Assembly: GCA_021825655.1 (NCBI GenBank)
Contig: JAKAGU010000002.1
Coordinates: 13,129-77,128 of the forward strand
Source: a bacterium
GTDB taxonomy: Bacteria; Patescibacteriota; Doudnabacteria; UBA920
DNA length: 64,000 nt
Direction of reading: 5' to 3'
Shown here: positions 52,760-63,019 of the stretch, piece by piece
Layout: every line of letters starts with the position of its first letter
Position numbering within the stretch: the stretch's first letter is position 1
Notes under the pieces: generated by a model
Databases searched by the model: none
What the model was told of the DNA's origin: nothing
The model's input: the letters and a program-made list of their open reading frames with translations, nothing else
Translations under genes and position numbers: made by a program

Positions 52760-54376
52760 CTAGTTCTTAACCGGTATTTCATCAAAACTGCCGAGCAGGC
52801 TGACCCCGGTCATTTCATTAGGCTTGTCCAAACCGAACAGCTCCAAGACCGTGGGCGCAATATCGGAAACTACGCCGGCGGGCACTTTACTGGACAGGGA
52901 AGCAAAACTTCCGCCCGCTGCACGCTTAAACTTAAACTCATTTGCCAGCAGTAAAAACGGCACGGGATTGGTCGTGTGATCCTTATCAATGTCTCCGGTG
53001 CGGGTGTTAATCATCTGCTCCGCATTACCGTGATCGGCTGTAATAATCATAGCCGCGTCCGCTGCCATAGCCGCGTCCGCCACCCTTTTCATGCATTTGT
53101 CGATAAAACTCACGGCTTCAATCGTGGCCGCAAGACTCCCCGTGTGCCCCACCATATCCGGATTGGCGTAGTTGGCCACAAAAAAATTAGTTTCGGTTTT
53201 GGCAATCTTGTCCACCAGGGCATCGGTCAGCTTGCCTGCTGACATTTCCGGGTGATCCACATAATTGCGCCCGTTTTCAGGGCTGGTTACTATTGTCCAT
53301 TCTTCGCCTAAAGCCCGCTCCGTCCGTCCGCAGTTAAAAAAGGCCGTCACGTGCGCATACTTCTCGCTCTCTGCCACATGAAATTGGGTATACTTGGACT
53401 CCGCCAAAATTTCCGACAAATAATTTTTCAGGTTAATGGACGGAAAGGCCACGTGGACCGGCAGCCCCGGCTTATATTCGGTCATGGTCACAAAATATAA
53501 ATTCTGCAGCGGCCGTTCCAACGCCTTGTCCGGCAAGGGCGGCGGCATGACAAAAGCTTCCGTCAGTTGTATGGCCCGGTCAGAACGGAAATTTATGAAC
53601 ACCACGGCGTCGTTATCGGAAATCTTGGCCACTGGCTGGCCGTCTTCCCTGAGAATAACCGTCGGCTCAATCATTTCATCAAACACCTGGCTGGCATAAC
53701 TGGACTCAATGCACGCTTCGGGAGAGTGGGAGGTTTTACCTTCCCCTTTTACCAGGGCGTTATAGGTCTGTGCGGTTTGATTCCAGTGACCGCCCCGGTC
53801 CATGGCATAAAAACGGCCGGTAATGGTCGCCACGCGGCCTACCCCAATTTCTAAAATCTTTTCATTTAGCTTTTTCAGGGATTCCAGCGCCACTTTGGGT
53901 TCCGTATCCCGGCCATCGGTAAACATGTGAATAAACACCCGGGTAAGGCCCTGCTGTTGGGCCAGGCTAAGTAAAGCATAAACGTGTTCGTCGAGGCTGT
54001 GCACGCCGCCAGGGCTGATCATCCCCATAATATGCAAGCTGGAATTGTTTTGTTTGGAGTGGCTAATTGCGGCCAAAAACTCGGAATTTTTGAAAAAATC
54101 CCCATTCTGGATGGCGTTGGTAATCCGCGGCAAATCCTGCCCCACTATCCTTCCCGCCCCAATATTCAAATGCCCGACTTCGCTATTGCCCATTTCGCCC
54201 CAAGGCAAACCCACCAGGGGCCCGGAGGCCTGCAGGGTGAGACTGGGATAATTGGACACGAAACTGTTAAAGGTTGGGATTTCCGCCTGGGTGATAGCGT
54301 TGCCATGGCCCGCGGGCGCCACGCCAAACCCATCCAAGATAACCAGTACGACTTTTTTGTACTTCTTGTGCTGCAT
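52760..54376 (-). CDS. gpmI: 2,3-bisphosphoglycerate-independent phosphoglycerate mutase
   Basis: VVLVILDGFG, the Mn-binding ADHGN motif and the catalytic Ser region (GNSEVGH). 538 aa. Confidence 0.9.
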   Translation of the reverse strand: MQHKKYKKVVLVILDGFGVAPAGHGNAITQAEIPTFNSFVSNYPSLTLQASGPLVGLPWGEMGNSEVGHLNIGAGRIVGQDLPRITNAIQNGDFFKNSEFLAAISHSKQNNSSLHIMGMISPGGVHSLDEHVYALLSLAQQQGLTRVFIHMFTDGRDTEPKVALESLKKLNEKILEIGVGRVATITGRFYAMDRGGHWNQTAQTYNALVKGEGKTSHSPEACIESSYASQVFDEMIEPTVILREDGQPVAKISDNDAVVFINFRSDRAIQLTEAFVMPPPLPDKALERPLQNLYFVTMTEYKPGLPVHVAFPSINLKNYLSEILAESKYTQFHVAESEKYAHVTAFFNCGRTERALGEEWTIVTSPENGRNYVDHPEMSAGKLTDALVDKIAKTETNFFVANYANPDMVGHTGSLAATIEAVSFIDKCMKRVADAAMAADAAMIITADHGNAEQMINTRTGDIDKDHTTNPVPFLLLANEFKFKRAAGGSFASLSSKVPAGVVSDIAPTVLELFGLDKPNEMTGVSLLGSFDEIPVKN

Positions 54377-54391
54377 TTAAATCAGTTTGGT

Positions 54392-55615
54392 TTATTTTAA
54401 AACTTCCAGGCCGGGCAATTTTTTGCCGGCCAAATATTCGAGCATGGCCCCGCCGCCCGTAGACACGTGGTCAATATGTTCCAGTTGGTGAGCCATTTTT
54501 ACGGCATCCACGGTTTCCCCGCCGCCGACCACCACATAAGCCTTGCGGCTGGCCACCCCGCCGATAACCCGGGCAAGGGCAACAGTAGCCGTGTGAAAAG
54601 GCTTTTTTTCAAAATAGCCCAGCGGACCGTTCCAAACAATCGTCTTGGCTGTCTTTAAGGCTTGGGCATAGGCCAAGATGGTTTTAGGCCCCACATCATA
54701 GACCGATTCCTGGTTTTTAATCGTGTGGGGCTGGGTTACCCGGATGGTGTCCTTGTCCATTTTGCCGTCAGCCACCACCACATCCATGGGCAGCACGATC
54801 TTGCCCTTGAAGTTCTTCTCCAGCTGCCAGGCGATTTTACGCCCTTTCTCTTCCACTTTGGACTTGCCAATCTCAAAACCCTTGGCGAGGAAAAATAAGT
54901 TGGCCAAACCGCCCGCCAGCAGAATTTTATCAGCCTTCTTTCCCAAATTTTCCAGAGTCTGTACTTTATCGGAAATTTTAATGCCCCCCATAAGCAGCAC
55001 AAAAGGTTTTTTGTTCCGCTTGAAAACTTCGTCCAGGCTCCTAATCTCTTTTTCCAAAAGCAATCCCGCAAAGCTGGGCACATAGCGGGTCACGCTGCCA
55101 ATAGAAGCCACCAGGTGGTGGCATTTGGAAAAATCGTCGTTAACATAGGCGTCCGCCAGCCGGGCCAGTTTTTTGCCGAACATCGCATCGTTTGCCAGCT
55201 CCTTGGCGTAAAATTCCATATTTTCCAGCACCACGACATCTTGTTTGGCCACGGCGGCCAGCTGCTTTTGATGCTTGTCTTCCTGAAAATCTCCCGTATA
55301 AAAAATCAGGTGGGGCCCGGCATCAATCGGCAGCTTGTGGCTGGTCTCAAAAAACTTATAGCCCAATAATTCGGCCAGACGCTGGGCCACGGGCTTAAGG
55401 CTCAACTCTTTAGACTTTTTACCGGCGGGGCGGCCCCGCTTGCCTACGATAATCACCCGGTTGCCCTGGGAAAGCAACAGCTGCACACTGGGCAAAAATG
55501 CGCGCAAGCGAAAGTCGTCCGCCACCGCGGCCAGAGCGGAATCCACGGGGGCATCCAGGCTGCCCCGCACCAGCACAGTCTTGTTTTTCAGTTTTGCGGC
55601 TTTGAGGTATTTCAT
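54392..55615 (-). CDS. pgk: Phosphoglycerate kinase
   Basis: N-terminal RxDLNVP-like segment (RGSLDAPV) and the C-terminal hinge VVVGGGETVDAV...STGGGAMLE. Confidence 0.9.
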   Translation of the reverse strand: MKYLKAAKLKNKTVLVRGSLDAPVDSALAAVADDFRLRAFLPSVQLLLSQGNRVIIVGKRGRPAGKKSKELSLKPVAQRLAELLGYKFFETSHKLPIDAGPHLIFYTGDFQEDKHQKQLAAVAKQDVVVLENMEFYAKELANDAMFGKKLARLADAYVNDDFSKCHHLVASIGSVTRYVPSFAGLLLEKEIRSLDEVFKRNKKPFVLLMGGIKISDKVQTLENLGKKADKILLAGGLANLFFLAKGFEIGKSKVEEKGRKIAWQLEKNFKGKIVLPMDVVVADGKMDKDTIRVTQPHTIKNQESVYDVGPKTILAYAQALKTAKTIVWNGPLGYFEKKPFHTATVALARVIGGVASRKAYVVVGGGETVDAVKMAHQLEHIDHVSTGGGAMLEYLAGKKLPGLEVLK

Positions 55616-55619
55616 AAAT

Positions 55620-56645
55620 TTATAATTTTGAACCCACTAAGACGACTTCTTCCACCAGGCGGTTGGAGTAGCCGAACTCGTTGTCATACCAAGCCACCAC
55701 TTTTACAAAATTGCCGCCCACCACTTGGGTTAAAGACAGGTCGATAATGCAGGAAGCGGCCTCGCCCACAATATCCGATAGCACCAAAGGCTCGCTGGAA
55801 ACTTCCAAAATCCCCTGGAAGCGTTTCTGCTTGGCTGCATCCGCAAACAACTGATTAACTTCTTCCCGGGTCACGTTGCGTGCCAAAAGCAGGGTGAAGT
55901 CGGACAGACTGCCCACTAAAGTGGGCACGCGGAAAGCCACGCCGTCAAATTTGCCTTTCAGTTCGGGAATGGCTTGGGTGGCGGAAATAGCCGCCCCCGT
56001 AGTGGTCGGAATCACGTTGGCCGCCGCGGCCCGCGCCCGGCGCAGATCATTGGATTTGCCGCCCGGAGGGGGCCCGTCGACTAAATTCTGTTCAGCAGTA
56101 TAGCTGTGGATGGTAGACATAAAAGCTTTTTCAATGCCAATCCTTTCCTGCAGTACAGCCAGCACTGGGGCAATACAATTAGTGGTGCAGGAGGCATTGC
56201 TGATAATCGGCTGGTCCTTGTAAATATCGTTGTTTACGCCCAGCACAATGGTCGGTGTCACCCCTTCGTCCTTGGCTGGCGCGCTGATTACCACGCGCTT
56301 GGCTCCCGCCTTTAAGTGGGCCGCAGCTTTTTCACTGTCCGTAAAACGGCCCGTGGACTCAATCACCACGTCAACCTGCAGCTTTGCCCAGGGCAGGACT
56401 GCGGGATCCTTTTCCGCATACACAGGATACTCCCGGCCCTCCACCACCACGGCCTTGTCGTTAAAGCTGATTTTGCCGGGGTAACGCCCGTAAGCGCTGT
56501 CGTATTTGAGCAAGTGAGCCAACACCTGCGTGCTGGTCAAATCGTTAATTGCCACAACCTCCAGCTCTTCTTTTTCCAAAGCTAGCTTGAACGCCTGGCG
56601 GCCAATGCGGCCAAAACCGTTAATTGCAACCTTAATTTTTGACAT
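55620..56645 (-). CDS. gap: Glyceraldehyde-3-phosphate dehydrogenase
   Basis: KVAINGFGRIGR NAD-binding and the active site SNASCTTNC. Start at MSKIKV (ATG 56643-56645), not the upstream extension. Confidence 0.9.
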   Translation of the reverse strand: MSKIKVAINGFGRIGRQAFKLALEKEELEVVAINDLTSTQVLAHLLKYDSAYGRYPGKISFNDKAVVVEGREYPVYAEKDPAVLPWAKLQVDVVIESTGRFTDSEKAAAHLKAGAKRVVISAPAKDEGVTPTIVLGVNNDIYKDQPIISNASCTTNCIAPVLAVLQERIGIEKAFMSTIHSYTAEQNLVDGPPPGGKSNDLRRARAAAANVIPTTTGAAISATQAIPELKGKFDGVAFRVPTLVGSLSDFTLLLARNVTREEVNQLFADAAKQKRFQGILEVSSEPLVLSDIVGEAASCIIDLSLTQVVGGNFVKVVAWYDNEFGYSNRLVEEVVLVGSKL

Positions 56646-56685
56646 GGGTGGGTTTAAGTTAATTTTTTCCTTGTATTCAAAGTTT

Positions 56686-57693
56686 TTAAATTTCGCGGGC
56701 CAGCCGGGCCACCAGCTTCTCCTTCTGGCTGTCCGTGATTGCAACAGGCTGGAAGCTTTTGTGTGTTTTCAGCCGGCTTTGCAATTCCGCCTTAGTGAGC
56801 AGCCCGGCCTGCGGCCCAATCTGCCCGACTACGCTCGCCGCGTTCACCGGACCCCAGCGCAAAGCTTCCGCATGAGGCAAACCGTAAACCAAAGCCGCTA
56901 TATACGCTGTAGTGAAAGAGTCCCCGGCGCCGGTCGCCTCCAGTCTTTTTCCGGGGAACTTTTGAGTAAAATAAAAACCTTCGCTGCTATAACTGTACGC
57001 CCCCCTTGGCCCATCCGTCACCGTGACTGCTTTGGGCCCCAAAGCCACCAGCCGCCGGCATAACTCCTTAACACTGTCCGCCTTGCCAACCCAGCCTTCG
57101 GCCTCTTCCATATTTAAAGAAAGCAGGTCGGTTTTTTCCAAAACTTTGCGGTTGGCTTTCGGCCCCGCGAGCAGCTGGTACGTGCCCGGATTAAAAGCCA
57201 GGCGCACGTCGTACTTTTCCAGATACCTGACCAAGTCTTTATAAATTTTTTCAAACCCCTTGCCCATGCTGGTCAAATACACCCAGCGGGCGGGTAAAAA
57301 ATTAGGTAGCTTGTAGTGCCGGTGCTCATGGTACACATAAATCGTGCGTTCTCCCTCGTGGCATAAAACCATGGAAGCATTGGTTCCGTGCCGGTCGTTT
57401 TTCTCTATGTAGCGCGTTGAAACGCCTTCTTTCTGCATTTTATGCAGGACTTCGCGCCCGCCCATGTCGTGGGCAAAAACCGTATAAAAAGCTGTTTTCA
57501 AACCCAGCCGCGAACTGCCGACCGCATGGTTGGCTGCATTGCCCGCCACGGATTTATACAGCTTGTCTACAGGCAGCTTGTCGCCCCAATTAATTACCGC
57601 TTTTTGCTCCCCGCCCATTTCGCGGATTTCCAAATCTTTAATAAACAAAAAAGTATCAATGGTGGCGTCGCCGATGGAAATAATGTCAAACAT
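56686..57693 (-). CDS. PfkB-family carbohydrate kinase
   Basis: The C-terminal GAGDSF catalytic motif and N-terminal substrate-binding region. Start MFDIISIGD is preceded by GGAG. Confidence 0.8.
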   Translation of the reverse strand: MFDIISIGDATIDTFLFIKDLEIREMGGEQKAVINWGDKLPVDKLYKSVAGNAANHAVGSSRLGLKTAFYTVFAHDMGGREVLHKMQKEGVSTRYIEKNDRHGTNASMVLCHEGERTIYVYHEHRHYKLPNFLPARWVYLTSMGKGFEKIYKDLVRYLEKYDVRLAFNPGTYQLLAGPKANRKVLEKTDLLSLNMEEAEGWVGKADSVKELCRRLVALGPKAVTVTDGPRGAYSYSSEGFYFTQKFPGKRLEATGAGDSFTTAYIAALVYGLPHAEALRWGPVNAASVVGQIGPQAGLLTKAELQSRLKTHKSFQPVAITDSQKEKLVARLAREI

Positions 57694-60220
57694 GCACAGC
57701 TCCTTTCTTCTCCCCTTCCAAAAATTCCACAATCCGGCTGCGGTGGCGCTGGTACGCATACGACACGGAGAGTAAAATGACGCCCAACACGATGAACGAA
57801 ACAATGCGGTAGCCGGTTTCCAGGGCCAGAGCATCAAACAAAAACACCTTTAAGATGCTTGCCCCAAACAATACCAAGGCCACTTTGCGGAACAGCGGAC
57901 TCTGGGCAACAGCCCCGATGATAATTAAAACAACGGCATAGGCAATCCACCACAGGCTCATCAGCAGGTTCCGGGTATTCCCGTCTTCTGGCCGGGCAAA
58001 GTACCTGACAAGCTCCCAGGAAAAAGCAAACCACAGCAGCAGGCTGGCTGTCACCTTCATAAAATCACCGGCTTTTTCCTTCCCTGCCTCGTCCGGCAAA
58101 AAACGTACCATGGCCAAAAGTGCCAGGGCTTCCAGCAGCATCAGGCCGAATTTGGCGTTTAAAATGAATACATAGTCATCTGCGCTGTAACCCAAAAACA
58201 CCACGCGGAAAAAACCCAATACCAGCAGACCCAAAGCAATACGGGCAAGCAGGCGGCTTTGGGCCAGGCGGGCAAAATAAATCAGCAGCACGGGATAAAT
58301 CGCCCACCATAAGGCCACGCGCGAGTCTTGGCCGATGCCGGTAAAAGCGTGAAAAACGTCCAAGGTAACAACCAGCCATAAAAATAACGCGCCAATTACA
58401 CCCAACACCTCACTGGCGTAAGCCGCGTATTTGTCAGTTTTTAAAACCCGGGACCAATAGGCCAGGACGAACAAAGCGGCCGTCTCCAAGACCATGAGGC
58501 CGAACTTAAAATTAAAGACAAAAGCAGCGCTTTCGGCCGGGTAGGGCACGCTCAGGCTCCTCAGCAGGGCAAAAGCGGTCAGTAACAGTCCAGCTTTGAT
58601 CAGACCGGGTTTCTTGGCAAGCGTACCCAATCCGCCGAGCAGAAACGGATATACAATCCACCAGAGAGCCAGGCCGTACTCCCCGTTGAGGCTGGGGAAG
58701 AAGTGGCTAATGTCCCAGGAAAGACCGGCCCAGAGCAAAAAGATGCCGATGAAATTGAAGGCCTGGTCTGTACGGCTTTCAAACAAAGTGCGATTTTGGG
58801 AACGGGAATAAAGCCAGGCAGCATAAAACAAAGCCGCAGCCTCCAGGGCCATGAGGCCGAACTTAAAATTAAAGACAAACAATTGCCCATAAGCCTCCGC
58901 ATAAGGCAAGGCCAAAATCAAAACCAGCGAATAAAGAAGCGTCAGGGTGCTCCACAGCCGCAGCTCCTTGCGCTTTAAGGCATAGGCCAGGCCCGCGCCT
59001 GCCCCACCGGCCAGCGCCACGGCCAAACACAGAGCCTCCCGGTCCCACTGCCAGCTGAACGCTGCCAAGAGCAAGGCCGCACCGGCAAAAGATAAACTAT
59101 AGTTAATCTCTTCGAACTCCAGCCTGTCAATCAAAGCGTAAGCCAAAAACGCAGCCAGGCTGGCAAACAGGCCCATACCCAAAAGCCAGGCATGATAGCC
59201 GCCTGCCAATAAATCCTGGATGTAAATCAAATACACAAAACCGGCCAGCAGCATAGCCAAACTGGTAAGTTTGGAAAACTTGTTGTCCAAAGTTTTAGCC
59301 AGGGCATGGCGGCGCAAAACCGCAGTCAGGCCCACAAAAAAAATCAAAACAAACACCATGAAAAAAATCACGGAAGGCACGGCATTAAGAGAAGAGGAAA
59401 ACTTAACAAACCAATAGGAAAAATCTATCCAGGTGGCGAACACGGCAAACAGAGCCAAGCCGGACCAATATTTTTTTGCCAAAATCGCCAGTACCGCCAA
59501 ATTTAAAATTGTGAGATACACGAGCAGTTGCATCTGCCGATTTTCGCCTGAACTTAAAGCCACAGGCGCCCCGTAAGCGCCCAGCAAGCCCAGAACCGCC
59601 AGGGCCAGGGACTGCCGGTAATACGCCAGCGCCACTGCGCACACGGATGCAAAAACCATCAAAGTCAAGGCCACAGACTGCGGGAATAGCCCATAAAAAT
59701 CGTAACCGGCAAAAATTGTAAAGTACCACAGAGCAACACCCCCGCCCATCATTACATTGGCGTATTTGGCGTATTTTTCCCGCCACAGCCAGCCCAAAAA
59801 TACAAAAAGCCCGCCCACGGCAAAACCCAGGGCAATCCTCATCCAGGGCGTAATCCAGTTCTGGTCAACCGCATACTTGAAAAACAGGCCCATACCCAAA
59901 AGCACAGCCACCACGCCGATCTTGTTCAGCCAATTGGTCGCAATTTCGGTTTCGTCCTTTGGCTGCCTTGGTGTTATGGGCGCAGCTTCGGGCAAGACCG
60001 CGCTGTCCCTTGGCTGTTCAGCCAAAACAGCCACAGCTGGGGGCGGGGGCGCAACCTCGGGCTGAGCCCACAAACTGGGCTTGGCATTGCCGGCCACTAG
60101 CGGAGGTTCGGCCGCGGCAGGTTTTTTACCTCCCTTCACCTGCTCCTCCAATCGGTTAATCCTCCTGCTGAGGCTTGCAACCCAGATGACAAAGATAAGG
60201 ATAATTACAAAAGTGAGCAT
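57686..60220 (-). CDS. Large polytopic membrane protein (more than 20 TM), DUF2339-like, with Pro/Ala-rich N-terminal segment
   Basis: 844 aa. N-terminal TM with a short coiled stretch (RRINRLEEQVKGG), a Pro-rich linker, then internally repeated blocks of TM helices (repeated ...FVFNFKFGLM..LE.AALF...). Confidence 0.5.
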   Translation of the reverse strand: MLTFVIILIFVIWVASLSRRINRLEEQVKGGKKPAAAEPPLVAGNAKPSLWAQPEVAPPPPAVAVLAEQPRDSAVLPEAAPITPRQPKDETEIATNWLNKIGVVAVLLGMGLFFKYAVDQNWITPWMRIALGFAVGGLFVFLGWLWREKYAKYANVMMGGGVALWYFTIFAGYDFYGLFPQSVALTLMVFASVCAVALAYYRQSLALAVLGLLGAYGAPVALSSGENRQMQLLVYLTILNLAVLAILAKKYWSGLALFAVFATWIDFSYWFVKFSSSLNAVPSVIFFMVFVLIFFVGLTAVLRRHALAKTLDNKFSKLTSLAMLLAGFVYLIYIQDLLAGGYHAWLLGMGLFASLAAFLAYALIDRLEFEEINYSLSFAGAALLLAAFSWQWDREALCLAVALAGGAGAGLAYALKRKELRLWSTLTLLYSLVLILALPYAEAYGQLFVFNFKFGLMALEAAALFYAAWLYSRSQNRTLFESRTDQAFNFIGIFLLWAGLSWDISHFFPSLNGEYGLALWWIVYPFLLGGLGTLAKKPGLIKAGLLLTAFALLRSLSVPYPAESAAFVFNFKFGLMVLETAALFVLAYWSRVLKTDKYAAYASEVLGVIGALFLWLVVTLDVFHAFTGIGQDSRVALWWAIYPVLLIYFARLAQSRLLARIALGLLVLGFFRVVFLGYSADDYVFILNAKFGLMLLEALALLAMVRFLPDEAGKEKAGDFMKVTASLLLWFAFSWELVRYFARPEDGNTRNLLMSLWWIAYAVVLIIIGAVAQSPLFRKVALVLFGASILKVFLFDALALETGYRIVSFIVLGVILLSVSYAYQRHRSRIVEFLEGEKKGAVHV

Positions 60221-60224
60221 ATTG

Positions 60225-60869
60225 TTATTTTATTTCTTGAAGCAATTGTTCGTATGCCGCCTGCAAATCTGACGCCTTCAGCAAAGCGGAGCCCGCTATG
60301 AGCAAGTCTGCGCCGCTTTTTGCCAGTCGTCCCGCATTGGCAGCAGACACGCCGCCGTCTACTTCTATTATAGCATTTGGCAGGAGCTTTCTGAGCTGGA
60401 TAACCCGCTCATAGGTATCCTCTAAAAATGCCTGGCCCTGGAAGCCCGGAACAATACCCATGAGCTGAAACTGCTCAACTTCTGGGTAAAACTCCTGGAG
60501 AACCGTAACCGGCGTTTCATTTTTCAGGCAAATGCCGGGCTTAAGGCCCGCGGCCTTGATATTGGCAAGACTCTGCCTTAATTCCGCAGCGTTAGGAAAA
60601 GCTTCGTAATGTACCAGGATTGTTTTAAAGCCCGAGAGCTGATAATCAAAAAAGTCTGTGGGTTCGCTTACCATCAAATGGGCCTCAAAGTGGAAAGCGG
60701 GGTTTAGGACTTCCATTTCAGTAACCGGCAGCATGGCGTTGGGCACAAAAATTCCATCGCCAAAATCTACCTGGATGCGTTCCACCCCGGGCAACTTGGT
60801 CAGGCGGGCCAGCTTGTCCACAAAGCCTTCCTTGGTTTTTTCCAAAATTGCAGGTACGATTTGGGCCAT
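60225..60869 (-). CDS. rpe: Ribulose-phosphate 3-epimerase
   Basis: IVPAILEKT, VDFGDG/HLMV (HxD metal site) and DGGV. 214 aa. Confidence 0.85.
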   Translation of the reverse strand: MAQIVPAILEKTKEGFVDKLARLTKLPGVERIQVDFGDGIFVPNAMLPVTEMEVLNPAFHFEAHLMVSEPTDFFDYQLSGFKTILVHYEAFPNAAELRQSLANIKAAGLKPGICLKNETPVTVLQEFYPEVEQFQLMGIVPGFQGQAFLEDTYERVIQLRKLLPNAIIEVDGGVSAANAGRLAKSGADLLIAGSALLKASDLQAAYEQLLQEIK

Positions 60870-60879
60870 AAATTAGAAC

Positions 60880-61329
60880 CTAAGAAGCGGTTTCCATTTT
60901 TTTTACTTTTGCCACCCTGCGCTTGTGCCTTGTTTCTTTGGAAAAAGGCGTGCTGATGAAAGTGTGCAGAATTTTTTCAGCTTGCCGGGGCGTAAGGTAG
61001 TCGCCGGCCAGGCACAGCACATTGGCAAAGTCGTCGTTTCGGGTGGAAAAAGCCAGGCGTTCATTCCAGGCGGAAACCGCGCGTACGCCTTTCACCTTGT
61101 TGGCTGCAACGCACATCCCCTGCCCGCTCCGGCATAACAGCACACCCACATCGCCGGCCGGGTGCGCCGCCACCTTTCCCGCCACTTTCCGCGCATAATC
61201 CGGATAGTCGTCAGCCGGATTAGCTTGGTATGGCCCAAGGTCCACAAAACTAATTTGGCGCGCTTCCAAATATTTTTTTATTTTTTCTTTAAGGGGAAAA
61301 CCCCCGTGGTCTGCGCCAAGATACAGCAT
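60880..61329 (-). CDS. rpiB: Ribose-5-phosphate isomerase B
   Basis: YLGADHGGF, CRSGQGMCVAANK. 149 aa. Confidence 0.85.
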   Translation of the reverse strand: MLYLGADHGGFPLKEKIKKYLEARQISFVDLGPYQANPADDYPDYARKVAGKVAAHPAGDVGVLLCRSGQGMCVAANKVKGVRAVSAWNERLAFSTRNDDFANVLCLAGDYLTPRQAEKILHTFISTPFSKETRHKRRVAKVKKMETAS

Positions 61330-61331
61330 AT

Positions 61332-62015
61332 TTACAGATTGATTATTTGATTAAAATATTTCGGAATTAGGCTGGCCCCGCCGGGCAGCAGCCCGTCGAT
61401 ATTCCGCTGGTCAAGAAAGCCCTTTGCGTTGTACGGGCTCACGCTGCCGCCGTAAAGCACCTTTCCTACGCCGAATTTGTGCTTAATAAAGATGGCCATC
61501 TTTTCAGCGTGTTCCGGAGTGGCATTTTTACCCGTGCCAATGGCCCAGACCGGCTCATACGCCACAATTACCTCAGCCGGTTCAAGGCCGGCAAGCCCGA
61601 GTTCCAGCTGAGTCTTTAACACATCGGTCACCTCCAGGTCATCCTGTTCCACTTTGGTGCCAAAACCCACGCACATTACCGGAGTTATACCCGCAGCCAA
61701 AAGCGCCCTGGCTTTGGCATTGACGATTTCGTCTGTTTCCCCCAGCTTGCGTTTTTCGCTGTGCCCCACCAGGCAATACTTCACCCTCAGCGATTTCAGC
61801 TGAACCGGAGAAACTTGCCCCGTAAAGGCACCCGCGGGCTCCCAAAAACAATCTTGGGCGCCAAGGCGGGGAAAAACCACGCCCGCCAAAAAAGCCGGCG
61901 GCGGGCAGATAACCGCCACATGCTTGGACTTGCGCGAAATTGCCGCAGCCAATTTCTTAGCGGCCGCAAGCGTGGCGGGGTGCAGTTTCCAATTACCAAT
62001 CACAAGTTTTTTCAT
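61332..62015 (-). CDS. tpiA: Triosephosphate isomerase
   Basis: VIGNWKLH, CVGHSEKR (catalytic His and Glu region) and AYEPVWAIGTG. Confidence 0.9.
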   Translation of the reverse strand: MKKLVIGNWKLHPATLAAAKKLAAAISRKSKHVAVICPPPAFLAGVVFPRLGAQDCFWEPAGAFTGQVSPVQLKSLRVKYCLVGHSEKRKLGETDEIVNAKARALLAAGITPVMCVGFGTKVEQDDLEVTDVLKTQLELGLAGLEPAEVIVAYEPVWAIGTGKNATPEHAEKMAIFIKHKFGVGKVLYGGSVSPYNAKGFLDQRNIDGLLPGGASLIPKYFNQIINL

Positions 62016-63019
62016 GGGTTGTCTCCTCTTAAAAATTGCGCTGTGGTTTCCGGGGGTATGGGATTAATCGGGATGCCGGTCGCATACTCAAAGCCGGCCC
62101 AAATGGTCAGGCGAGGGAAAATAACCAAATGCCAGTGGTAGGCTTTCTCCTCCTGCACGCTGTGCCGGTGGTCGCTCTGCTGTTTCTTTAACGGCATGGT
62201 ATGGATGTAAAAGTTCAGCGGCGGATCGGAGAGCTTGGTATAGAGCTGGCCCAGCATCACTTTCAGGACAAAAGACAGATGCCTCAGCTCTTCTTTGGAA
62301 ATATCTTCGAACCGGGCACCGTGCTTTTTGGGCAAAATCCATGTCTCAAAGGGTTTGCGGGAAGCATAAGCCGAAAGCACCACAAAATGCTCGCTTTCGT
62401 AAACCACCCGGTCTTTGACTTCCAGCTCTTCTTTAATAATGTCGCAGTAAATACAAGTATGGTTGTGCTGGTAATAGTGGTAACAACCCATAATTTCGTC
62501 GTGCACGTGCGGCGGCACGATGGGCGTGGCAATCAGCTGGTAGTGGGGATGGATTAGAGAAGCTCCGGCCTCGCGCCCGTGATTGTGGAAAATCTGGACG
62601 TAAGCCAGTTCGGGGTGTCCGGTCAGCAGATTGATTCTCTCGATAAAAGTTTCCAGGCTCAGCTCTACCGTGGCAATGGACTGCAGGGCCACGGGTTCGT
62701 TATGCTTTCGGGTCACAATCACTTCGTGGTCGCCGTCGCCCGAATGGGATACATAAAAACCCTTGTGCCGGTAGAGCGCCGTATGTTCCAGGGCGGCAAA
62801 CTTATTGGGAATAATCCGGACCTCCCAATTCTTGCCGTAGGGAAAGCGGTAAAGCTCCGTATTCTGCGCTTCGTTACCCGGACAGAACACGCACTTATGG
62901 TCCAGCTCCGGCAAGCCTTCCATGACCGAGCGGGTCTTGTAATCCTCCGGCCGCTTAGCGCGGTTGGGCGCAATCAGCACCCAGTGTTTGCTTATGGGGT
63001 TTTGTCGGAATTCGCTCAT
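62012..63019 (-). CDS. galT: Galactose-1-phosphate uridylyltransferase family protein (GalT-like HIT-superfamily nucleotidyltransferase)
   Basis: Zn/Fe-site CVFCPGNE with HxHxQ-like HPHYQ. Two-half HIT-like architecture. 335 aa. Confidence 0.6.
   Translation of the reverse strand: MSEFRQNPISKHWVLIAPNRAKRPEDYKTRSVMEGLPELDHKCVFCPGNEAQNTELYRFPYGKNWEVRIIPNKFAALEHTALYRHKGFYVSHSGDGDHEVIVTRKHNEPVALQSIATVELSLETFIERINLLTGHPELAYVQIFHNHGREAGASLIHPHYQLIATPIVPPHVHDEIMGCYHYYQHNHTCIYCDIIKEELEVKDRVVYESEHFVVLSAYASRKPFETWILPKKHGARFEDISKEELRHLSFVLKVMLGQLYTKLSDPPLNFYIHTMPLKKQQSDHRHSVQEEKAYHWHLVIFPRLTIWAGFEYATGIPINPIPPETTAQFLRGDNP

Noticed and set aside
52262-52954. 230-aa plus-strand ORF
   Set aside because: Antisense to recJ and gpmI. 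Spans the boundary between two real genes.
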